A stretch of 32,000 bases of DNA from Candidatus Auribacterota bacterium (GTDB taxonomy: Bacteria; Auribacterota; UBA6266): contig JAGLRQ010000042.1 of NCBI GenBank assembly GCA_023136205.1, positions 24,873-56,872 of the forward strand. The letters are read 5' to 3'. Positions 1 to 6,452 of this stretch are shown piece by piece. Numbering within the stretch: the stretch's first letter is position 1; each line of letters opens with the position of its first letter. The notes under the pieces are model-generated. The model was not told the origin of the DNA and ran no database searches. It saw only the letters and a program-made list of their open reading frames with translations. A program made the position numbers and the translations under genes.

Positions 1-269
1 TCCGGAGCCTTGCCTGTTCCATCCTGAATCAACTGGCGCTTATATAATATATCCAGTCCGAATTTTGACCCGTTCCCGAAGTAACCTTCAATTACTTCAG
101 CCTGATATCCGGTAATCAGCATAATCTTCTTAATACCCATATGCTTTAAGGAAAGAACTATGTATTCCAGAACGGGGGACCCATGGGCCTTGAGCATGGG
201 CTTTGGGCAGTCCTTTGTAAGTTCTTTCATTCTTTTCCCTTGCCCTGCCGCTAAAATCACCGCTTTCAT
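1..269 (-). CDS. sugar-phosphate nucleotidyltransferase (NDP-sugar pyrophosphorylase family), N-terminal ~89 codons; the rest lies outside the window
   Basis: Hand translation of the minus strand from ATG (269-267): MKAVILAAGQGKRMKELTKDCPKPMLKAHGSPVLEYIVLSLKHMGIKKIMLITGYQAEVIEGYFGNGSKFGLDILY... The LAAGxGxRM...PKPML signature is typical of RmlA/GlmU-like nucleotidyltransferases. GAGGAG RBS lies just upstream. Absent from the ORF track because the window edge truncates it. Confidence 0.75.
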   Translation of the reverse strand, partial: MKAVILAAGQGKRMKELTKDCPKPMLKAHGSPVLEYIVLSLKHMGIKKIMLITGYQAEVIEGYFGNGSKFGLDILYKRQLIQDGTGKAP

Positions 270-455
270 AAGTTTCTCCTCTTTGTCTGATAAATCATTT
301 TTTTCTATATCAACGGGATACTATTAAAAGAACCGCGTAAAATCAAGGATTAATTTTAGGTCATCCACAAAATGGTTGACATGCGGCAATATATAATTCA
401 GAATATTTTGCTAGTCGTTATTGAGAAAATCAAGGAAAAGGGGAGGATAAACAGC

Positions 456-1736
456 ATGAACAGACTATTATCTATTATTGTTCTAACCGCTGTAATTATT
501 TCATTTCTTGGCGGATGCGCTAAGGTCGGAAAACAGGACGATGCAATAAAAATTGAGGTGGCCTACTGGGGTTCACCCGAAGAAATAGACATTATTACCG
601 CCACAATCAGGAACTGGGAAAAAGACCACCCGAATATCAAGGTTGTTTTAAGCCACGTAGCCGGCGGCGGCTATGAGTCAAAAATACTTACTCGTATAGT
701 AGCCGGTTCGGCTCCGGACATAATGTTTGCCGAGGTTAATATATTTACATCGTTCATGACAAAAGGCGCTTTCCTCAATCTTACGCCTTTTGTTGAACGC
801 GACCCTGAAATTTCAATAGAGAACTTTTTTCCGGAGGTCGTTAACCGTTTTACAATAGACGGACAATTATACTGTATCCCAAGGGACACAGCTCCGTTTG
901 CCTGCGTGTTTTATAACAAAGACCTCTTTGATATGGCAGATGTACCTTATCCTTCCGATGACTGGACGCTTGACGAAATGCTTGAGATCGCGAAAAAACT
1001 CACCGTAAGAAAAGGCCATCGGCTTACGCAATACGGATTTTACTCATGGTGCTGGATGAATTTCATACACGCTTTTGGGGGTAGTATTGTTGACAATGTA
1101 GAAAATCCTACAAAATTTACCCTCGGCAAAAGGGAATCTATAGACGGCCTTCAGTTTTACGCGGACTTAATGAACAAACACGAGGTTATGCCCGACGCAA
1201 CCACACTGGCCAATGTCGGGATGGCATTAAATGAATTATTCGTCTCCGGTAAACTGGCAATGTACAACTCCGGTATCTGGGAAACGCCTCAATTCAGAAA
1301 AATAAAAACTTTTGACTGGGACGTCGCAATGTTTCCAAAAGGCCCTTCAGGAATCCGGGCATTCGGAACCGGAGGTTCAGGCTACTGCATATACAACAAA
1401 ACCAAGCATCCTGAAGAAGCCTGGGAGGTCCTGAAAGCGCTCAGCGGGTCTTATGGGCAGGGAAGACTGGCTGAAAACGGCCTTGCCCAACCGGCGAATA
1501 GAACAATTGCCGAAGGGAAAGACTGGGCCTTAAGCCCTAAAAAACCAAAGAACAAGAAAATGCTGAATGACGCTGTAAAATACGCTGTTTATGAGCCTTT
1601 TACTCCCAAATGGAGAGAAATACTGGACAACGTAATAACAAAAAAACTCGACCTGGTTTTCAATGGCAAAGAAAAGATGGAAGACATCGCCCCTCAAATT
1701 GATAAACACGCTGATGCTATACTACACGAAAAATAG
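456..1736 (+). CDS. ABC transporter extracellular solute-binding lipoprotein (family 1, carbohydrate type)
   Basis: ORF 372..1736. The likely true start is ATG 456, preceded by GGGAGG at 441-446, giving [21 protein letters not shown] with lipobox L-G-G-C. The remainder (YWGSPEE..., [13 protein letters not shown]) looks like sugar-binding SBP_bac_1 proteins. No permease or ATPase genes are adjacent. Confidence 0.85.
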   Translation: MNRLLSIIVLTAVIISFLGGCAKVGKQDDAIKIEVAYWGSPEEIDIITATIRNWEKDHPNIKVVLSHVAGGGYESKILTRIVAGSAPDIMFAEVNIFTSFMTKGAFLNLTPFVERDPEISIENFFPEVVNRFTIDGQLYCIPRDTAPFACVFYNKDLFDMADVPYPSDDWTLDEMLEIAKKLTVRKGHRLTQYGFYSWCWMNFIHAFGGSIVDNVENPTKFTLGKRESIDGLQFYADLMNKHEVMPDATTLANVGMALNELFVSGKLAMYNSGIWETPQFRKIKTFDWDVAMFPKGPSGIRAFGTGGSGYCIYNKTKHPEEAWEVLKALSGSYGQGRLAENGLAQPANRTIAEGKDWALSPKKPKNKKMLNDAVKYAVYEPFTPKWREILDNVITKKLDLVFNGKEKMEDIAPQIDKHADAILHEK

Positions 1737-1762
1737 GCCGCGTTAAAGGAGGCTTTGCGAAA

Positions 1763-1978
1763 ATGGAATGCGTAAACAAATCAAAAAACATGCAAAATTG
1801 CAACTGCACCTATGAACCTTGTTCAAGAAAAGGTGTTTGCTGTGAATGTATTCAATACCATATGTCTATAGATCAACTTCCTGCGTGTTTTTTTCCGAAT
1901 GACGCAGAAAAAACATATGACAGGTCATTACGATATTTTATCGAACTTCATAAAGATACGGGTAGGTTCAAGCGATGA
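1763..1978 (+). CDS. small cysteine-rich protein (8 Cys; resembles the family I recall as DUF6485)
   Basis: 71-aa ORF with AAGGAGG RBS 8-9 nt upstream. Motif [22 protein letters not shown]...LPACFFP...EKTYDRS matches my memory of a conserved small cytoplasmic Cys-rich family. The family assignment is unverified. Confidence 0.65.
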   Translation: MECVNKSKNMQNCNCTYEPCSRKGVCCECIQYHMSIDQLPACFFPNDAEKTYDRSLRYFIELHKDTGRFKR

Positions 1979-2553
1979 GAAAAACTCTAATCTCTCTTTT
2001 TTTAATCTTTGCCGCCTCCTGTTTTTTTAATCCGGCATACAGTTCCGAAATAGTAGACAGTGAGAAAATTAAAGCTGTGTCATGCTGGATTTATGAATAC
2101 AAAGGGGCAGAGATAATCGTCTCCTTTTTCAAACATGAAGACATAAAAGACATTGAAAATAAATGGGCCAAATTAACAAAATCTGAGATAACAATAGGAA
2201 TGATTTTCATCAATAATATAGGTGGCAGAAAAAAGGTCATCTTCGACACACAATACGGGGGAGTCAACATTCGAACCTTCTCAGGCGGCGCGCATGTAAC
2301 CTACGACGCAAGGGCTACTGCCAAATGGCTTTTCGGAGAGGAATATGAATCAAAATTTTCAGCCGTAACCGTTCTTCCCGGAAAAACCGACAGAAGGCTT
2401 ATAATGTTCTATGGTTCGGTTAACCCAATGGATATTGAATCCGTGGGACTCTGTTTCGGTGGGAAATCCACCTGGAACATGCTAAGATCCAAAAAAGATA
2501 AAAAATACAAGGCTATGTCCTACATAAGCCCGGACAAAATTCTAAACGACTAA
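1975..2553 (+). CDS. hypothetical exported protein (N-terminal signal peptide)
   Basis: 192-aa ORF. Its start overlaps the upstream stop (ATGA at 1975-1978). N-terminus [23 protein letters not shown] is signal-peptide-like. I recognise no family. Confidence 0.6.
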   Translation: MRKTLISLFLIFAASCFFNPAYSSEIVDSEKIKAVSCWIYEYKGAEIIVSFFKHEDIKDIENKWAKLTKSEITIGMIFINNIGGRKKVIFDTQYGGVNIRTFSGGAHVTYDARATAKWLFGEEYESKFSAVTVLPGKTDRRLIMFYGSVNPMDIESVGLCFGGKSTWNMLRSKKDKKYKAMSYISPDKILND

Positions 2554-2687
2554 TATTTCGCGCAGTGTAATTCTGAACTCCCGGTATCTTAAAACGCCGT
2601 ATATAAGGGCTAAAACCTTCCATATTTGACGCTCTAAGCCACACAAAGAGAGAACTTCGACCATAAATTTCATTGGTTGGTATTTTT

Positions 2688-2733
2688 TTATCAACAACAC
2701 TTATCAACAGTTTTTCCACACAAGATATCCACA
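2688..2733 (+). promoter_or_regulatory. cluster of four direct DnaA-box-like 9-mers
   Basis: TTATCAACA (2688-2696), TTATCAACA (2701-2709), TTTTCCACA (2712-2720) and ATATCCACA (2725-2733), all in the same orientation with start-to-start spacing of 13, 11 and 13 bp. The consensus is TTATCCACA, relaxed to TTWTNCACA. One box fits the relaxed consensus exactly and three have one mismatch. Confidence 0.4.
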
Positions 2734-2798
2734 ACTTCTTAACTGTCGATGTCACAATATGTTATGTATGTTTTTCCAGGGGTTTTTAAATAAGCCTA

Positions 2799-2826
2799 AG
2801 TTTACATAATATATATTATCGGACGT
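2799..2826 (-). other. dif: dif chromosome-dimer resolution site (XerC/XerD target)
   Basis: Minus-strand reading is ACGTCCGATAA-TATATA-TTATGTAAACT. From memory, Bacillus subtilis dif is ACTTCCTAGAA-TATATA-TTATGTAAACT. That gives 25/28 identical, with the central hexamer and XerD arm identical. Escherichia coli dif is GGTGCGCATAA-TGTATA-TTATGTTAAAT. The site lies exactly where gene orientation switches from + to -. Confidence 0.8.
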
Positions 2827-3291
2827 TGTAAAAATAGAATAACCTACACCAAAAAAGTTCTCCAATTGAAAATACATCCTACAAGGTATGACTACCCTTC
2901 ATCTATTTTTACAACATCCGATAATATCAGAGGTTTATAAGACGTTCTTGCGAACATCCCATAAACCTCTGACGAATCTGAATTGTAGAATAACCGACAC
3001 CCAAAAACCTCTCCAATTAAAGAATTACATCCTAAGGTTGGCCTTATAAGGCTCATACTCATCTATTTTTACAACATCCGATAATATCACAGGTTTATAA
3101 GACGTTCTTACGAACATCCCATAAACCTCTAACTGAAACTCGGACGTTGCAAAAATAGAATAACCTGAACCCAAAAACCTCTAACGAAAAGGGTCATTTT
3201 TTAATAAACATACTTAAACATCCCTATAAGCTTTTTCATCCCATATAATAAAAAAGAGATTATATGACGTTTTTGCAAACATCTTATAATC
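2816..3291. repeat. three decaying tandem modules (~150-170 bp) built from XerC-arm-like 11-mers, a 22-bp inverted repeat and 34-44-nt palindromic hairpins
   Basis: Period markers TAGAATAACC occur at 2835, 2986 and 3156. The 22-bp inverted repeat is 2816-2837 (TTATCGGACGTTGTAAAAATAG) against 2903-2924, with one mismatch. The inverted (2903-2924-type) arm recurs at 3063-3084 and the direct (2816-2837-type) arm recurs, partly, at 3141-3157. Hairpins: 2928-2971 (11-bp perfect outer stem CAGAGGTTTAT/ATAAACCTCTG), 3091-3128 and 3258-3291. 11-mers of type TTAT(C/A)(G/A/T)GACGT: 2816, 2935, 3095, 3137 (degenerate), 3260. Complement type ACATCC(G/C)ATAA: 2914, 2954, 3074, 3114, 3279. Confidence 0.85.
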
Positions 3292-3344
3292 CCTTGCTTA
3301 TAATTTACATTGACAGCGCAAAATGGATTTTCTTAATGTAACTG

Positions 3345-3440
3345 TGGTGCTTCGCGCCTATCCTTATCGCTGCGTCTATCCTGCTCGGCGCGCCGCTGCT
3401 CACCTTTGCTACGCCTATCTTTGCCCTCGCGCCGTTTTTT
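3345..3440 (+). ncRNA. candidate small structured RNA or attenuator (GC-rich, pyrimidine-rich island)
   Basis: TTGACA at 3310-3315, then a 17-18-nt spacer and a weak -10 (TTAATG/TAATGT, 3333-3339). About 90 nt downstream has roughly 63% G+C by hand count in a ~40% genome. CGCGCC (3353-3358) and CGCGCC (3428-3433, followed by G+T6 at 3434-3440) can each pair with GGCGCG (3387-3392). There are three C/U-rich motifs: CCTATCCTTATC, TCTATCCTGCTC and CCTATCTTTGCCCTC. I recognise no known RNA family. Confidence 0.3.
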
Positions 3441-3527
3441 CTCGTTTAGCCGGTCTTCCATACCGCCCCCCTTCTATACCGCCATGTTATCATTTAAGGC
3501 AGAATTTTAAAATAATATTTTATACGA

Positions 3528-4556
3528 TTAATCACAGATAATAACTCTATTTCTACCAGTGCTTTTCGCTTTATATAATGCCTCATCGGACTTTTTTATT
3601 AACGTATCTAACTCTTTTTTAACATCTGTCTCAATCACTCCTTTTGCAACGCCAATACTAATCGTCACCGGTAAATCTCCCTTGGTTCCTGTCTCTACCA
3701 GCTTACATATCTTTTCAGCTATTTTCTTTAAAAAACCTACGTCAACAGGGGCAAGAAAAATTAAAAATTCTTCCCCGCCATATCTTCCAATTACATCGGA
3801 ACTCCTTATATTTCTTTTAATAAGGCCGGCAACCTGCTGCAGAACTTTATCACCTTTTTGATGGCCGTAGGTATCGTTGATCTCTTTAAAGTGATCAATA
3901 TCCATCATCATAATCCCAATATTATACCTGTGCCTTTTTGCCAGGGTTGATAAAAGGTTAATAGCATTGAAAAGCCCCCTTCTATTGAGGACATTGGTCA
4001 GAGTATCAATAGTAGTTTGCATTGTTAACAACTTGCTGTCATGCCATAATCTTTTGATGGTTTTTCCAAGAAGCTCCAATTCCGAAGTTACCATACCGTA
4101 TTTCTTTAAAGCATCAATAACCTTTTGGATGTGATTTTCATAGTCGTCTTTAGGCTTGCTTTCCTCCGGCAATGTTCTCATAAAGTGAAATAACAATACA
4201 AACGCGGGATGCAGTAAATAAAACTCTAAGCTGTATGCTAAAAGGAAACTATTCGTATGGCCAACCATATTTTCACATTCTTTTAATAAAAGATTGCTTT
4301 CGGCATCTATTGTTTCAAGCTCATCTTTGACCTTAACCGGATCATCAAAAACCTGAGGAATCATGCCTTTTTCCGCGAAGTACAACATTTCCCTCCAGTA
4401 TTCAACAGGAAATTTCTCTCCTAATGACATCTCCTTCCAAAAATCTCTTAGATTGTTATCTTTTTCAACCTTTGATAATTTTTCATAAATTTTATAGGAT
4501 TTTCGGTCTATTGATAAACACAGGCTAATTATATCCAGTAAAAGATTCTCTGCCAT
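3528..4556 (-). CDS. diguanylate cyclase (GGDEF domain) with an N-terminal all-helical putative sensor domain
   Basis: 342-aa ORF. C-terminal half: DIDHFKEINDTYGHQKGDKVL...RSSDVIGRYGGEEFLIF...ALYKAKSTGRNRV. The GGEEF active site is intact and RxxD (RSSD) lies five residues upstream, the I-site position. N-terminal ~170 aa are helical with ferritin-like/four-helix-bundle-like spacing, but the metal ligands are not clearly conserved. Confidence 0.9.
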   Translation of the reverse strand: MAENLLLDIISLCLSIDRKSYKIYEKLSKVEKDNNLRDFWKEMSLGEKFPVEYWREMLYFAEKGMIPQVFDDPVKVKDELETIDAESNLLLKECENMVGHTNSFLLAYSLEFYLLHPAFVLLFHFMRTLPEESKPKDDYENHIQKVIDALKKYGMVTSELELLGKTIKRLWHDSKLLTMQTTIDTLTNVLNRRGLFNAINLLSTLAKRHRYNIGIMMMDIDHFKEINDTYGHQKGDKVLQQVAGLIKRNIRSSDVIGRYGGEEFLIFLAPVDVGFLKKIAEKICKLVETGTKGDLPVTISIGVAKGVIETDVKKELDTLIKKSDEALYKAKSTGRNRVIICD

Positions 4557-4582
4557 ATCAACCTCCTCTTTAATAACAATTA

Positions 4583-5512
4583 TTATCCAATGAGGTCTTC
4601 TCTATAAATTGATGTTCTGTTTCTTCCGTTAATCTTTGAATAATACAACGCTTTATCTGACTTTTTCCTTAAATCTTCTCCGTCCATTATGCTCTGCTCA
4701 GGATAAGATGAGATTCCCAGGCTAATTGTCACCTGTACCTTTTTCCCATCATAAATAAATTCTTTTTCTGCCAACTCTTTTCTAAGCCGCTCCACATATA
4801 CATAAGCTTCTTCCGCGGTAGTTTCCGGGGCAAGGATAATATATTCATCGCCGGAGGGCCTGAAAATCACATCATTACACCTCTTCCTGTCAAGCATATG
4901 CTTCGCTATTCCGATTAGAACACAATCCCCCGCCGGATGGCCATATAAATCATTAACCCTCTTAAAAAGATCTACATCTATCCCAATACAGCTTAAAGAG
5001 CGGCTATACCTTTTGGAACGTTCCAACTCTTCATTTAAATATTTGTTAAAGTATCTCAGATTATATAACCCGGTAAGGCCATCACGAATTGCCATTTCTG
5101 CAAGCTCAGCATTTTTCTCTCTTAATTGATCATGTAATTGTTTTAGCCTCAGCATTGACTTAACCCTGGCAATAACTTCCTGAGAAGATACCGGCTTAAC
5201 AAGAAAATCGTCTCCCCCCTCTTCAAAGCCTTTAAGCTTGGATTCCTGGTCTCCCTTCGCCGTAAGGAAAATTATGGGTACATAATTATCGCTGGACGAG
5301 TGTTTCCTAATTTGCCTGCAGACTTCAAATCCATCAATCTCAGGCATCATAATATCAAGCAATACGACATCCGGCGGGTTATTATGATACTGATTCATCG
5401 CTTCTTCACCATTTTCAGCCACGTTAACCTCGTAACCTTCTGTTTCCAGAAGAACCCTCAAAAGGTGTACTATATCAAGCTCGTCATCGACTATAAGTAT
5501 TTTCTCTTTCAT
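4583..5512 (-). CDS. response regulator (REC) fused to a GGDEF domain with SGDEY active-site variant
   Basis: 309-aa ORF. REC motifs: ILIVDDE, VVLLDIMMPEIDG, IIFLTAKG. A coiled linker follows, then the GGDEF domain: GIDVDLFKRVNDLYGHPAGDCVL...RCNDVIFRPSGDEYIIL...ALYYSKINGRNR. RxxD (RCND) is at the I-site position and the signature is SGDEY instead of GGDEF. Confidence 0.9.
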   Translation of the reverse strand: MKEKILIVDDELDIVHLLRVLLETEGYEVNVAENGEEAMNQYHNNPPDVVLLDIMMPEIDGFEVCRQIRKHSSSDNYVPIIFLTAKGDQESKLKGFEEGGDDFLVKPVSSQEVIARVKSMLRLKQLHDQLREKNAELAEMAIRDGLTGLYNLRYFNKYLNEELERSKRYSRSLSCIGIDVDLFKRVNDLYGHPAGDCVLIGIAKHMLDRKRCNDVIFRPSGDEYIILAPETTAEEAYVYVERLRKELAEKEFIYDGKKVQVTISLGISSYPEQSIMDGEDLRKKSDKALYYSKINGRNRTSIYREDLIG

Positions 5513-6411
5513 CTAAGATAACCCCATCTGCTGGATATCGGAAACCATATAAAAAACGCTCGGCCTAAAATATTTTCCCTTGGTACAAAACCCCAAAATC
5601 TGCTGTCTTTGCTCACACCGGTATTATCACCCAGTACAAAATACATCCCTTCGGGAATGTTCACAGGTTTGCCCTTCTGTCCGTATTCCCCGCCTCTGGC
5701 AGAACCGGCAAAAACAGTGTTTTCATATTTTATTTCCTTGCCATCCATTCCTTTCAAATAATCAGGTTTTTTAATATACTTCCCGTTTATATATATATCT
5801 CCATCCCGAATTTCCACCGTTTCTCCGGGAAGGCCAACAACCCTTTTAATAAAATCTTTATACTGGTGCTCAAGCATTGGTATGTTACGCGTCTGAAAGA
5901 TCATTATATCCCATCTTGCCGGTTCTTTAATAGGCAAAATAACGGGTGTGTGTTTAACTTCGTATGGTTTCCCTTTTCTTGCGGTATTAATAACAATGTA
6001 GGGGATCCTAAAGCCGTAAATTATCCTGTTTGCGAATATCCTGTCTCCATTCCGGTAATCACCATGTAAGGTGGGCTCCATTGAGCCCGTCGGGATCTTG
6101 AACGGTTGGAGAAAAATGCCCCTGACTATGAGCGCCAAAATACCTGCCCATATTAATGACTCGATAAAATCTCTCACGGGACCCTTGACGTACCTGTTAA
6201 GTTTTTCCTTTTTAAGGCTCATAAGCTTTTTATAAAGAACATCCGTATTTTTACCGGTTTTAATAGATTCTTTAACATTTTTTAAAAGCTGATTTGCTTC
6301 TTTATATCCTTCTACCCCTAAAGCCTTCCTTCCCCTTCTGATGAGATCTTTCATTTCTTTATATAATTTTTTTAATTCTCTAATCTTCTTCCGGGTTGTT
6401 ATCTCTTTCAA
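5509..6411 (-). CDS. lepB: signal peptidase I (S26 family) with a long Lys-rich N-terminal extension
   Basis: 300-aa ORF with PTGSMEPTL (catalytic Ser box), KRVVGLPGE (Lys box) and GDNTGVSKDSRFWGFV. About 85 Lys-rich residues precede the single TM segment. The stop overlaps the downstream start by 4 nt. Confidence 0.92.
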   Translation of the reverse strand: MKEITTRKKIRELKKLYKEMKDLIRRGRKALGVEGYKEANQLLKNVKESIKTGKNTDVLYKKLMSLKKEKLNRYVKGPVRDFIESLIWAGILALIVRGIFLQPFKIPTGSMEPTLHGDYRNGDRIFANRIIYGFRIPYIVINTARKGKPYEVKHTPVILPIKEPARWDIMIFQTRNIPMLEHQYKDFIKRVVGLPGETVEIRDGDIYINGKYIKKPDYLKGMDGKEIKYENTVFAGSARGGEYGQKGKPVNIPEGMYFVLGDNTGVSKDSRFWGFVPRENILGRAFFIWFPISSRWGYLR

Positions 6412-6452
6412 AATATCCTCACTTTCTTACAACACATTATTTTATAAAAAAA

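Noticed and set aside
372-455. 28-codon N-terminal extension of the substrate-binding protein
   Set aside because: It contains the GGGAGG RBS for ATG 456, and the lipoprotein signal peptide begins at M29.
2513-2755. 80-aa minus-strand ORF across the DnaA-box-like cluster
   Set aside because: It overlaps the 3' end of the 192-aa + strand gene and has no RBS or recognisable family. Its sequence is dictated by the 9-mer repeats.
2816-3291. Possible degenerate CRISPR array
   Set aside because: Repeat spacing is irregular (42-160 bp), repeats occur in both orientations and are mutually complementary, the units decay progressively, and no cas genes are present. The pattern fits inverted-repeat modules instead.
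2688-3300. Possible oriC (DnaA boxes plus AT-rich repeats)
   Set aside because: Flanking genes converge on the region rather than diverge from it, a near-perfect dif site lies inside it, and no dnaA/dnaN is nearby. The terminus interpretation is favoured, though only replicon-wide skew analysis can settle it.
3387-3433. GGCGCG...CGCGCC pairing as a tRNA or tRNA-fragment acceptor stem
   Set aside because: The enclosed segment is only ~35 nt, with no D- or T-arm motifs (no GTTCRA-type box) and no CCA context.
3323-3541. 72-aa + strand ORF (MDFLNVTVVLRAYPYRCVYPARRAAAH...) covering the GC-rich island
   Set aside because: The composition is Arg/Pro/Cys/Tyr-rich and driven by short DNA repeats. 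There is no RBS, and the ORF runs into and overlaps the 3' end of the convergent GGDEF gene. It is better explained as non-coding structured sequence.
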